DNA of 64,000 nt from a virus. A program made the position numbers and the translations under genes. Positions within the stretch are counted from its first letter, which is position 1. Each line of letters begins with the position of its first letter. This document shows, piece after piece, positions 22,679 to 32,391 of this stretch. Below the pieces are notes generated by a model. That model saw only the letters and a list, made by a program, of their open reading frames with translations, did not search any database and was not told the origin of the DNA. The DNA lies in the IMG/VR virus record IMGVR_UViG_3300013137_000018, positions 2,773-66,772 of that record. One strand, 5' to 3'.

Positions 22679-24382
22679 TTATAATGTTATCACCAAATCT
22701 TTTGTGTCCGTTGTTTCATTGCCAGATGAATCACTAACTGTATATGTTAATGAATATGTATCTACTGATGAAATTGGGAATGTTGTTCCTGAAAGAATAA
22801 TATTTGTTATAGGAATATTTCCATCATAATTATCTGTTACAGCACTAACAGTGTATGTTATAATATCAGCGGATGTTAATCCTGCACCAACTGACATATA
22901 GTATGTATCACCAGTAAAATTGTAATAAATTATAGGTGCAACACTCTCAACGACATTTAATAAAGTATAGCTTGTTGCTTCATTACCAGCACTATCAAAT
23001 ACACTGAAATTAAGATTATAATATCCTAATGCTGTTATACTAGTATATGTTGTATTACCAGATGTAATAGCAACAGTCATAGCACTATTAGTTATTATTC
23101 CATCTACATCATCCCAAATATAATTTAGATAATATCTTCTAATATCATCTTTAAGTATTGCTCCTGGCGTTTGTGTATCACCAGTCAAATCCATTGTTGT
23201 ATTTGCTAATAATATTCTATATTGTGTATCTGAAGTTAAACCACTATTATATATAATTGTTGGCGATGTACTATCAACTACTATTTGTTTTGTTGATGTT
23301 GACTGATTGCCTGCCAAATCTCTTGATATAAATGTTACAGAATAACTACCATCACTTGTAATTCCAGAAAATTGCTCACCAGTACTATTTTTTGTAATCA
23401 ATAAATCTAAATCATTGTTATTTATTACACCATCTCTTACAACACCGTTATTATCATAGTCTATAACAGTATTTACAAATCTCCAAATAATATCTTCTTT
23501 AGAAATTGTACCACCAGATGTAAATGGAATTGTTGGTGACATTGGTTGTGGAATGCTATATGGTTTATAAGTTACTGTTGGTGCAGTTGTATCTAAACCA
23601 GGATAACTAAATGTAGCATATCTACTTATTGAACCTTCCAATGCCCAGTTCATTCTACTCAATGCTTGTAAAGCATTAAATGAACTTAAGAAATATAATT
23701 GTATATTATCATCATAATGTGTTGATACAGTAAGTAATTCATTTGCTATATGAATAATATCAATTTTATTATAAGGAATAATCATTTGAAGATTACCACT
23801 AATGTCGTAAATTTCAAATTGAGTAGAACCAGTATATTGAGAATTGTATATTGTATCTGTTCTTATTGAAGAATAAGCCAAACCACGCAATTCTGTATAA
23901 CTTGGAACAAGTGAAGTAGATATTTCATTTTCATCAAGATTAGCCGCCATAATATCTAATGTTACAGTATTTGGTGTAGGATTATACAAATATATTTGTG
24001 GAATCCTATGATCTTCATTACCTGATAAAATTAAAATATCTGTAAAAGTTCTTCGTACAAGTGGTTCATCTTCAAAATAATATTCAATATAATTTGTGTT
24101 AGTTGTTCCAGAACAATTTGAAACATATGAACTTGATGTATTAAATGTTGGAATTATTGCTAAAAATGTTATATTAGTTCCTAAGAAACCATACATTATT
24201 GGTGTATCTCTGGAATCACTTTTTAATGTTTGTTTTGTAGTAAGAACAGAATCATAATTTATATTTAAACCACCTAAACCAAATTTTGAAACCATGTTCG
24301 GACCTTCTTTTGCTACAAGACAAGAATTGACTATCTGTATATTCTTTGTTGCTCCGAAAAAACTGTTATTTTCAATTTTCAT
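22679..24382 (-). CDS. Structural protein with C-terminal Ig-like (DUF5011/HYR-like) repeats
   Basis: Probable start MKIENNSF; three DTTAP...D..DG...Y.VTF...DxAGN repeats. Confidence 0.7.
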   Translation of the reverse strand: MKIENNSFFGATKNIQIVNSCLVAKEGPNMVSKFGLGGLNINYDSVLTTKQTLKSDSRDTPIMYGFLGTNITFLAIIPTFNTSSSYVSNCSGTTNTNYIEYYFEDEPLVRRTFTDILILSGNEDHRIPQIYLYNPTPNTVTLDIMAANLDENEISTSLVPSYTELRGLAYSSIRTDTIYNSQYTGSTQFEIYDISGNLQMIIPYNKIDIIHIANELLTVSTHYDDNIQLYFLSSFNALQALSRMNWALEGSISRYATFSYPGLDTTAPTVTYKPYSIPQPMSPTIPFTSGGTISKEDIIWRFVNTVIDYDNNGVVRDGVINNNDLDLLITKNSTGEQFSGITSDGSYSVTFISRDLAGNQSTSTKQIVVDSTSPTIIYNSGLTSDTQYRILLANTTMDLTGDTQTPGAILKDDIRRYYLNYIWDDVDGIITNSAMTVAITSGNTTYTSITALGYYNLNFSVFDSAGNEATSYTLLNVVESVAPIIYYNFTGDTYYMSVGAGLTSADIITYTVSAVTDNYDGNIPITNIILSGTTFPISSVDTYSLTYTVSDSSGNETTDTKDLVITL

Positions 24383-24396
24383 TTTATACGAATTGC

Positions 24397-24417
24397 TTTT
24401 TAATATATATATTAAAA
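24397..24417. promoter_or_regulatory. Palindromic back-to-back TTTTAATATATA motif serving a divergent gene pair
   Basis: TTTTTAATATATATATTAAAA between the starts at 24382 (-) and 24441 (+). Confidence 0.6.
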
Positions 24418-24440
24418 TCAATTTTCAAAATTAGTTTAAA

Positions 24441-26816
24441 ATGTCAGAACTAAAATATCACATAAGCAAGAAATTTAACGAAACATACACCGTATTTTTT
24501 ATAAGCGATGATGGCTCTGAACAAACAATTACAGGTAATGGTGCAATATTTCAAACAGATATTATGACAAATATCACTTCAATTGACACATTCACAGATG
24601 ATTGTGATGGAGAAAATAGTACAGTATATTTCAAGAAATATTTTAAATATAAGAATGGTGATGAATGGACAGACCTTATCGAAATTGAAAAATTATCTGG
24701 TATGACATTCACATCATGTAGCGATTTAGAATTACAATTGTATTACTTTAGAGCTGTAGATGGTGATGAGGCAGCATTGGTGACACCTGCCGTTTTAAGT
24801 GTAACAAATATATTTATAACAGGCAAATATAATTTAAGTGAATATGAATCAGAAGCACAATTACCAAATGAAGGTGATACTGTTATTTTAGCACCAGATG
24901 ATATTTACAAAGTATTTTCACTCTCAAATTTTAGTGTCTTATCAGCACCACACCAGAATTATGATATAAAGTTCAGATTTACACAAGATAATGGTAGAAC
25001 TTTTACACCATGGGAACTACTAACAAAAGAAAATATAGAAACAATAAAACTCAATCCATTGAGATTTGCAAAAGCAGAATATGCTATAACAAATTTAGAT
25101 TCAAGAGGATTGTTAATTTATGATATTATTTTAGAAGGAGATTTTCAAAATGTTTCCGCAAATTATTTAAAAACAAATAGATATGGTCTTAAAGAAGATT
25201 GTTTAACAGGTATGTTAAACGGATCTGATGGTATAACGAGTGCTTCGCCTATTCCAGGTGCAGACAACACCAATAGAGATTTTTATACATCTTGTATTAG
25301 TTCATATCAAACAAACACAGATATTTCAAGTCAGATTTATGCAGAGAATACTCAAGCATCTGGAAATTTTTGGAATCCTTATCAACAAAGTCAAAAGATC
25401 ACAAGCTTTGCAAATATGTTAGGAAACCAAGTTTCATCGGTTTTGGGTTGGACTGTTGATTATCATTTAACAGATCCAGATGGAAATGGTATTGATAAAT
25501 ATATGAATGAATATACACTTACGAATATTGTTGATGTTAAAAAGATAAAAATTGTTGTACCAGATAATAAGTTTCCTATTGAAACAATGATTATTAATCA
25601 ATTCAATTTAAATCTATTTGATACTTTTGAAGTTCATATAATGAAAGACGAATTTAAAAGAGCTTTCGGTCCTTCAAAAAGACCAAGTCAAGATGATATC
25701 CTTTACATTTGTGAAGCAAATATGTTATATTATGTGAAACATTCACAAGCAAAAAAAGATATTATGAATGCTGCACTTTATTACAGAATTATATTGGAGA
25801 AATATGAAATGAAAACTAATATGCGTAATCTTGTTAAAGAATCACAAGATAAGATTGATGCTCTTACTGACAACACAACTATAGATTCGTTATTTGGTGA
25901 TTCTCATAAAGAATCAGAAAAACAAGTTGCAAATAAATTGCAAACATATCCTACATCTTTTGATAAGATAAGACATACAATATCAACGAAAACAAAAATT
26001 GTCAAGAATGATATACTTGTGGATGGTTTTAAAATATCAAAACAATATTATAATTTAAGTAATGTTGCCATAAAAAATAAAACCGCTGTGGATTATACCA
26101 AAGCGGATAACAAATTATTAAAATCTGATAATAGGTCATTTATATTTTGGTTTAATTTCAACAATGCTTATGATGAAGATTCAAGACCAAATAATACAAT
26201 GTATCAAGAATATTTTGTGAGAAGTGGTGTAGAATTCAATTTCTTAAACAATTATGATACAGGAACAACTGGTTATAAAATATATTACAGAGGTGACAGT
26301 TTATTCTTTAAATTAAATGAAAATATGTATAAATTGGAAAAACAATTAAGTACAAATGTTTGGTATGCAGGTGTTATAAATTTAGACCAAAGACAAGAAA
26401 CATTAAGGATGTCAATATACAGAAGAAATGGCGAACTATCATCAATATTAATAGAACCAACATCGTTTATAAAAGTAGAATCGATTTCAGGTACAACTGA
26501 ATATAACGATTATTTATATAATGGATATAAAAGAGTTGATAATATTGAAAGTAATGTTTGTACAGATTTTGAATTAGTAGCAAGTACTAGTTACGGTGTT
26601 GCACCAGTAGAATTTGAACACACAGAATCATTAAAATTATTGGGCTCAAATATAAAATATACAAATTTAAGAATATTGAATGATGTTATACCAGATGATA
26701 GTATAACTAATTTATTGAAAGAGGAAATATTAAGAGATGAACAAAATCTCATTCTTGCTGATAATGCAACCAAACAATTAATTACAACTGTATATCAAAA
26801 CAACAATTGGAGATAA
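24441..26816 (+). CDS. Neck protein, T4 gp14-like core with extra N-terminal and C-terminal (LamG-like) domains
   Basis: GWTVDYH..D.YMNEY, FEVHIMKDEF..F...KRPSQDDILYICEANMLYYV, YYRIILEKYE resemble gp14; WYAGVIN LamG-like segment. Confidence 0.6.
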   Translation: MSELKYHISKKFNETYTVFFISDDGSEQTITGNGAIFQTDIMTNITSIDTFTDDCDGENSTVYFKKYFKYKNGDEWTDLIEIEKLSGMTFTSCSDLELQLYYFRAVDGDEAALVTPAVLSVTNIFITGKYNLSEYESEAQLPNEGDTVILAPDDIYKVFSLSNFSVLSAPHQNYDIKFRFTQDNGRTFTPWELLTKENIETIKLNPLRFAKAEYAITNLDSRGLLIYDIILEGDFQNVSANYLKTNRYGLKEDCLTGMLNGSDGITSASPIPGADNTNRDFYTSCISSYQTNTDISSQIYAENTQASGNFWNPYQQSQKITSFANMLGNQVSSVLGWTVDYHLTDPDGNGIDKYMNEYTLTNIVDVKKIKIVVPDNKFPIETMIINQFNLNLFDTFEVHIMKDEFKRAFGPSKRPSQDDILYICEANMLYYVKHSQAKKDIMNAALYYRIILEKYEMKTNMRNLVKESQDKIDALTDNTTIDSLFGDSHKESEKQVANKLQTYPTSFDKIRHTISTKTKIVKNDILVDGFKISKQYYNLSNVAIKNKTAVDYTKADNKLLKSDNRSFIFWFNFNNAYDEDSRPNNTMYQEYFVRSGVEFNFLNNYDTGTTGYKIYYRGDSLFFKLNENMYKLEKQLSTNVWYAGVINLDQRQETLRMSIYRRNGELSSILIEPTSFIKVESISGTTEYNDYLYNGYKRVDNIESNVCTDFELVASTSYGVAPVEFEHTESLKLLGSNIKYTNLRILNDVIPDDSITNLLKEEILRDEQNLILADNATKQLITTVYQNNNWR

Positions 26817-26827
26817 TTATGATTTTC

Positions 26828-27316
26828 TTACCTTGTTATTATTTTATTAATTTCGGCTGATAGAACATATGTATATATCTTACCATCCCTCATAGGTATT
26901 TGTAATGTTTCTAATTTTTCAATTTGTTCATATACATCAACACAATACTTCTTCATATCATCTATTGTTTTTTGATATGCTGCATTAGGTTTATATGATT
27001 CAGGAAACATGTCTTTATATTCTACTATTTCCCTTAGTAAAGAGGATTTGTTTATTATTACCTTATCGTTGTTAATAGTAGATTTTACTTTTAAAAAGTC
27101 TTCTAAGTATAAATTAAACTGATGTATAATATTATCAGTTTCTACAATTTTTAATAATCCTATCACATAAGCATCATTCTCTGATAATACTTCAGGTTTA
27201 TTTTCTTGAATCCATTTGTCAATGTAATCATGTGATTTGCCCTTTAATACGAATTTTTTATATTTGTTAAATAAACATCTTTTAATGATGTCTTCTGGAG
27301 TTATTAAAATTTGCAT
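26828..27316 (-). CDS. Hypothetical protein
   Basis: 162-aa ORF within a co-directional run. Confidence 0.7.
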   Translation of the reverse strand: MQILITPEDIIKRCLFNKYKKFVLKGKSHDYIDKWIQENKPEVLSENDAYVIGLLKIVETDNIIHQFNLYLEDFLKVKSTINNDKVIINKSSLLREIVEYKDMFPESYKPNAAYQKTIDDMKKYCVDVYEQIEKLETLQIPMRDGKIYTYVLSAEINKIITR

Positions 27317-27363
27317 AAAATTACCGTTTATTTTTTAATTATATTTTTAAATTTTGAAATTGT

Positions 27364-27690
27364 TTAAATAAAAGCATTATTGTATTTTTGCAATGCATCA
27401 AAGTTCTCTTCAATCCTTTGACAAGCTAATTTAAAAGAAACAACATCTTCTAAATCAAGAATAAACCATTCACCACCTTTTCTTTTATGTGAGAAAAAGT
27501 TATGCAATGCAATTTCTACTTTTCTACCATATTTTGTTTGAAAATTGTCGACACAGGATATTTTGTCTTTGTTACCTGTTTGTAATCCACGAATTCTTCT
27601 TTTGAAATCTTTGTTTCTTGTAAAACCTATTTTGTAAGAGGTCTCATTATCGGAGACACATTCAAACAAATAAATATATCCTTCTGCCAA
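27364..27690 (-). CDS. GIY-YIG family (T5orf172/MUG113-like) nuclease domain protein
   Basis: GYIYLF..YKIGFT...RRIRGLQTGN...VEIALH....RKGGEWF. Confidence 0.85.
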   Translation of the reverse strand: MAEGYIYLFECVSDNETSYKIGFTRNKDFKRRIRGLQTGNKDKISCVDNFQTKYGRKVEIALHNFFSHKRKGGEWFILDLEDVVSFKLACQRIEENFDALQKYNNAFI

Positions 27691-27737
27691 TTATATAAGT
27701 ATATTTTTATTTATATATTGTTATGTGTTGGTCTAAA

Positions 27738-28274
27738 TTACCACTCAACCCAAACTTTTAAACTATCACCATCACTATATTCACCAAATTCTTTGAAAAT
27801 CAAATCTGTAATCTGTTGTCTCCATCCTTTCCAAGGATCTACTTTTGGATTTTTCTTTTCTTCCTCTTCGCGTTTGATAAGAATATCTACATTTTTCTTT
27901 ATCTCTTTGTCATTTGGATACATATTTAAAAGTTGCTTATACATATCTATATTATCATCTGTTGTTCTATCTACTTTAGGAACAACTTTTGGAATGTAAA
28001 TAAATGAACCGTTTCCCAAACCATCATTTTGGTCAACTAAATAATGCCAAAAATCCATGTAAGGCGGTTTTGCTTTTTTACCATCATCTGCATTTTTATA
28101 TTCTGCATGTGAGTCGTAATTCATTGTTGATGGTATACCTGTAAAACCTCTTGATTCAAAATTATATTTCTTTTCAAGATAATCCATCATATCATCATAG
28201 TCTAATTTTGGTTCTTGTTTTGGTGCAGGTTTTTTAAAATTCTCATATGTTTTCATAAATAGAAATGTTTTCAT
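27738..28274 (-). CDS. Hypothetical protein with capsid-targeting-like leader
   Basis: MKTYENF motif near N-terminus; PPYMDFWHYL; TTTTAATATATA motif upstream at 28295-28306. Confidence 0.7.
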   Translation of the reverse strand: MKTFLFMKTYENFKKPAPKQEPKLDYDDMMDYLEKKYNFESRGFTGIPSTMNYDSHAEYKNADDGKKAKPPYMDFWHYLVDQNDGLGNGSFIYIPKVVPKVDRTTDDNIDMYKQLLNMYPNDKEIKKNVDILIKREEEEKKNPKVDPWKGWRQQITDLIFKEFGEYSDGDSLKVWVEW

Positions 28275-28308
28275 TTATATAATTATTTTTCATGTATATA
28301 TTAAAAAA

Positions 28309-28959
28309 TTATTTAGTACCTTTTAAATGTGGTTGTAATTTTCCCTTATAATATACATTTCCTTCTGAATCAATAAATTCTTCCATAAAATGCCAACCTC
28401 TAGGTTTTTTAACTTTTTTAGCATCTTCTTCAAGTTTTTTAATTTCGTCTTCGGAATAAATTGTTTTTTGAGGTCCAGCTTCAAGCATTATAGGTTCGTC
28501 AAAGCTAACTACGCTTATACCTTGAACATTCTTTTTCTTATTTTTAATTCTATCAAAAAATCCTCTATCTTCAAGGTATTTAATATATTCTTCTAATTTG
28601 ATTATCTGATTTTTATAAATATTCTCCATTTCTCTATATTTAAGAATAATTAATTGTTTTTGATTTTCAGCGTTATCTATTTTTCTTGATAATTCATCAT
28701 ATCTTTCTCTAACTCTATAATTTTCTTGTACTAAATCTGTTAAAATATTTTTCTCTGTGGTTTTATATTCATGAACATCTGGTTTGTCTTGACTTTTGAC
28801 AATAACTAAAATGTTCTCACCACTATCTTTTAAGAACGCAATTTCTTTTTGGAGTTTTGCAACTTCTTGCTGACAATTTCCAACTTGTGTTCTTAATTGA
28901 TCAATAGTTTGAGAATATTTCATATATTCTTCATAATCTATTTGAATCAATTTTTTCAT
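28309..28959 (-). CDS. Coiled-coil protein with small C-terminal GWHF domain
   Basis: Heptad-rich N-terminus; KPRGWHFMEEFIDSEGNVYYKG tail. Confidence 0.7.
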   Translation of the reverse strand: MKKLIQIDYEEYMKYSQTIDQLRTQVGNCQQEVAKLQKEIAFLKDSGENILVIVKSQDKPDVHEYKTTEKNILTDLVQENYRVRERYDELSRKIDNAENQKQLIILKYREMENIYKNQIIKLEEYIKYLEDRGFFDRIKNKKKNVQGISVVSFDEPIMLEAGPQKTIYSEDEIKKLEEDAKKVKKPRGWHFMEEFIDSEGNVYYKGKLQPHLKGTK

Positions 28960-29447
28960 TTCTTTAATTTATCATCATTTCCTATAAATTTGTTAATATA
29001 TAAATTTGATTCTGTACTAATATCTTTTTTATAAAGAAAATAATATTTTTTACCCCTTATTTCTTTTGTTGAACTAATATCATCTTTTCTACATATATTC
29101 TGTAACATTAACATATATAAACTGTCTCTTTCATCATCGAAGGATGAATATCCTAAAAAATCTACATCATTTTTGTCAATAAATTCTTCTATACAGTTTT
29201 TAATATTTGATATTACTTTGTATCCACGATTATCTATATTTCTTAACAATTTATATACTTTATTTTTTTCTAAATCAATATAATAAAAATACACATTATA
29301 AGCATTAAAACCAATCGAATCAAAATGTATAAAATATTCATCATTAAAAATATCAAATTTTGCAACCCAGCCATATTCTGATTTTTTAATCCACTTATAA
29401 TTCTTAGTCTCAAATAACTCTTTTATGTAAGTTATAAATTTTTTCAT
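28956..29447 (-). CDS. Hypothetical protein with capsid-targeting-like leader
   Basis: MKKFITYIKELFE; ATGA overlap with the next gene. Confidence 0.7.
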   Translation of the reverse strand: MKKFITYIKELFETKNYKWIKKSEYGWVAKFDIFNDEYFIHFDSIGFNAYNVYFYYIDLEKNKVYKLLRNIDNRGYKVISNIKNCIEEFIDKNDVDFLGYSSFDDERDSLYMLMLQNICRKDDISSTKEIRGKKYYFLYKKDISTESNLYINKFIGNDDKLKK

Positions 29448-29459
29448 ATTATTATATAT

Positions 29460-29987
29460 CTATTTAACCAAATCCCCTTTCAAAATCCTATTTATTTTAT
29501 CTTCTCTTTCATAGAATTTTTGTTTTTCTGGTGATAAAATACACTCTATTTTTCTATCTAAAAAAATACAAATGATTTTATCAATCTTTTGTTGATGTTT
29601 AGGATTTAAAAATTTTCCATCTTCTATTCTTATATTATGTTCTAATAACAATCCTCTTTTACCAGTTATTGTATTATAATATTCATTAATTATATTTAAT
29701 TTTGTTCTTGGATCATTTAATATAAAATCGTTAAATTCATCTCTTAATGTTCCTAATATTTGTGGTAATTTGTTATCGATTAAAGGAGATGCTGGATGCC
29801 ATGGTGGACTAGCATAAATAGGTTCTATAATACTACACTTTTCAGCAAAAACACTTATTTTTTTCATAAATATGATATTATTAACACCAAGTTGTTGTTC
29901 TAAAACAGGTCTCCATTTCTTAAAACAAGCTTGTTCATCAACTGCTATAGATTTATAATAACCTATATAATCATATTTTACTTGCAT
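29460..29987 (-). CDS. Hypothetical protein
   Basis: 175-aa ORF ending in EREDKINRIL. Confidence 0.65.
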   Translation of the reverse strand: MQVKYDYIGYYKSIAVDEQACFKKWRPVLEQQLGVNNIIFMKKISVFAEKCSIIEPIYASPPWHPASPLIDNKLPQILGTLRDEFNDFILNDPRTKLNIINEYYNTITGKRGLLLEHNIRIEDGKFLNPKHQQKIDKIICIFLDRKIECILSPEKQKFYEREDKINRILKGDLVK

Positions 29988-30253
29988 AATCTATCTATCT
30001 TATTTTTTCTTTTTTTGATTTTTTTCATCCTTAAATAATCTTCTGTTATTTCATTATCATAAAATCCATAATACCAATAGTTTACATATGAGTCACATTC
30101 TATACACCTTATTTCATACTCACTTACTGTTCCTTCATCAAGTATGTCTTTTTGTATTTTGTAAAACTTTTCTGAGCCGCATTTCGGACAATATTCTATA
30201 ATATTTCTATCATTAAAATTACTTAATGATATTTTTTTAATTATATCTTCCAT
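29978..30253 (-). CDS. Small zinc-ribbon protein
   Basis: CPKC...CIEC. Confidence 0.65.
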   Translation of the reverse strand: MEDIIKKISLSNFNDRNIIEYCPKCGSEKFYKIQKDILDEGTVSEYEIRCIECDSYVNYWYYGFYDNEITEDYLRMKKIKKRKNKIDRLCK

Positions 30254-30254
30254 A

Positions 30255-30466
30255 TATTACAATTTTTAATTCATCAAATGGATATTCTTGTTTCTTGACA
30301 TAAAAATATATAAGAATAAATATTAATAGTTTAAAATGAAATATAAAAAACTACAGAAGAATTTATAAGAGAAGATAATCCAAAACAAAAAGAAAAAGAT
30401 CGTATTAGACAACAAGATATTATAGATTTTCTTAAATGTAAATTTATTAGAATAAGTATTAAATAA
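30255..30466. pseudogene. Internally deleted homing endonuclease remnant (+ strand, 30336-30466) beside a duplicated uvsW 3' end (30255-30302)
   Basis: + strand: MKYKK/TTEEFIRE fused to DNPKQKEKDRIRQQDIIDFLKCKFIRISIK; - strand: YVKKQEYPFDELKIVI, a copy of the UvsW C-terminus YIPQEYPFDEIKVII. Confidence 0.65.
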
Positions 30467-31397
30467 TTACTTTAATTTCATCAAATGGATATTCTTGAGG
30501 TATATATAAATCTTTTTTTCTTGAGATATAATGATTATATAAAATGGTTTTATAAGAACTGTGAAACTGGTCAACTATATCAAATATAACAGCTTTATCA
30601 CCTTCTTTATCTTTGTGCAATCTTAAAGCACGACCAATAGATTGTAATACAATACGAGCAGACTTAAACGAATCTGCAAATATTATATTTTTCAAAGCTT
30701 TTATACTAACACCAGTAGAAAGAGTACCAAAAGATGCGACTAATATTTTAGGTCTGCCATCAGTTATTTCCATTTGTTTTTTGATATATTCTCTTTTTTC
30801 AGATGTTGTTTGACCATCGATATAATAGAAGTCTTTATCAAGAACATTTGACCTAAAATAATTATATAACGTTGTGCCATAATCTATGTTATGAAAAAGT
30901 ACAAGTGAATTGTTTTTGAATTTACCAACTAATTTACTTAAAAATATTTTTCTTTTGTCTGAATTTTGAGCATATTCTTTTTCTAATTCATAGGCTCTTT
31001 TACCATTACCATATTTCTTAATTGTATAAACACTTTCAGCAAAAGACGAATCATCATATTGTAATATTAAACATTTAACTTTTACATTTGAAATTAGACC
31101 TTTTGACATAAGTTCTTTTGCTTTAACTGCGATTAATTTAGGTCCAGTAACAGATTCAATAGCCATCCATTCAGATGTTCCTTCTAATGGATATGTACCT
31201 GACATACCAAGTCTATAATGTGCGAAACCAAAAGTTTTCTTCATTATAGATTGTAGAGTTTGCGCTTTCGCAGTATGACAATTACTTACACATATATCAT
31301 TTGCAAAATAGTTGTTTTTAATATTACGTCCATTCTTAACTCTTAAATTATAAACTTCACCATTATAATTTATTTTTTTTATTGTTTTTATTTTCAT
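30459..31397 (-). CDS. uvsW: UvsW helicase C-terminal half, led by a split-intein C-fragment (39 aa, 31397-31281)
   Basis: MKIKTIKK..GEVYNLRV..NYFANDICVSN|CHTAKA; then LGMSGT, FGTLSTGVSIK and LQSIGRALR SF2/UvsW motifs. Confidence 0.9.
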   Translation of the reverse strand: MKIKTIKKINYNGEVYNLRVKNGRNIKNNYFANDICVSNCHTAKAQTLQSIMKKTFGFAHYRLGMSGTYPLEGTSEWMAIESVTGPKLIAVKAKELMSKGLISNVKVKCLILQYDDSSFAESVYTIKKYGNGKRAYELEKEYAQNSDKRKIFLSKLVGKFKNNSLVLFHNIDYGTTLYNYFRSNVLDKDFYYIDGQTTSEKREYIKKQMEITDGRPKILVASFGTLSTGVSIKALKNIIFADSFKSARIVLQSIGRALRLHKDKEGDKAVIFDIVDQFHSSYKTILYNHYISRKKDLYIPQEYPFDEIKVII

Positions 31398-32373
31398 CAA
31401 ATTGTCTTAAATTTTTAATTAATTTTTCTTTATTTATTTGATTATTTAATAATTCTTTGTTATAATTTTTCTTAAACCACTCATCTTCAATTATTACATA
31501 TTTATAATCATTTTCAACAGACCATTTAATAGCATATTCTCTTTTAATTTTGTTTTTTAATTTTGTTTTTTCGCTTCTAGGTTTTATTTCATATAAAATT
31601 TTATTAACAACATCTAAAAAATCTATAATATAAATATGTTTTTTATTTTCATAAAAATATGGTATTCTGATTTTTTCATATAACAATTCAGGATTTACAA
31701 TATGAAAAAAAGATTCCCAAGAACTTCTATGTTTTATTATCTTATCGTTGATCAATGTTTCTATTCTCGAATGACACCAACTATTAGTTACACAAGGTGT
31801 AAAAGTTCCATTAATTATGCGTTCTTTTATAGATATCGAAATTTTTTCTTTCCATTTTTTTTTATTTTTTATTTTATAAACACTATTATTATCAATTTGT
31901 TTTTTTGATCTATATTCAAATAAACATTTATCAGAACAAAAATGATTATATACATTTCTACTCCTTATACCTATAAATTTTGTTGTTTTTCCACATATTT
32001 TACATTTTCTATCTTTCTCACTAATATTCGATAATAGAAAATATATTTCTTCTACTGTTTGTTCTACACCTTCAATTTTAATATAATTTATATCTAACCA
32101 TTTTTTTAAACTTTCATCTATATTTTTTCTATTTAAAAATTTATTTTTTGATTTTAAGTCACAAAAAAGAAAATTAAATATTTTTTCTTTTACATCTTTA
32201 TCACTATTCTTATCCACTATTAAATAGTCACTTTCTATTAATATTCTTTCTTTTTTTGTATTAATATTAAACATTTTATTACAAGATAAACATTTATATC
32301 TTAAATTATTTTTTTCATACCAACTTGTTACTATCTTTGATTCACATTTTGGACAAATTGTTATTTTAGTCAT
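31363..32373 (-). CDS. Free-standing endonuclease (Zn ribbons plus TnsA-N/gp4-like PD-(D/E)xK domain) between the split-intein halves
   Basis: CPKC, CLSC, CKIC..FCSDKC; HRSSWE..YEKIRIPY..IYIIDF..LYEIKP. Confidence 0.75.
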   Translation of the reverse strand: MTKITICPKCESKIVTSWYEKNNLRYKCLSCNKMFNINTKKERILIESDYLIVDKNSDKDVKEKIFNFLFCDLKSKNKFLNRKNIDESLKKWLDINYIKIEGVEQTVEEIYFLLSNISEKDRKCKICGKTTKFIGIRSRNVYNHFCSDKCLFEYRSKKQIDNNSVYKIKNKKKWKEKISISIKERIINGTFTPCVTNSWCHSRIETLINDKIIKHRSSWESFFHIVNPELLYEKIRIPYFYENKKHIYIIDFLDVVNKILYEIKPRSEKTKLKNKIKREYAIKWSVENDYKYVIIEDEWFKKNYNKELLNNQINKEKLIKNLRQFDENKNNKKNKL

Positions 32374-32391
32374 AGCCTTTGTTTTTTATAT

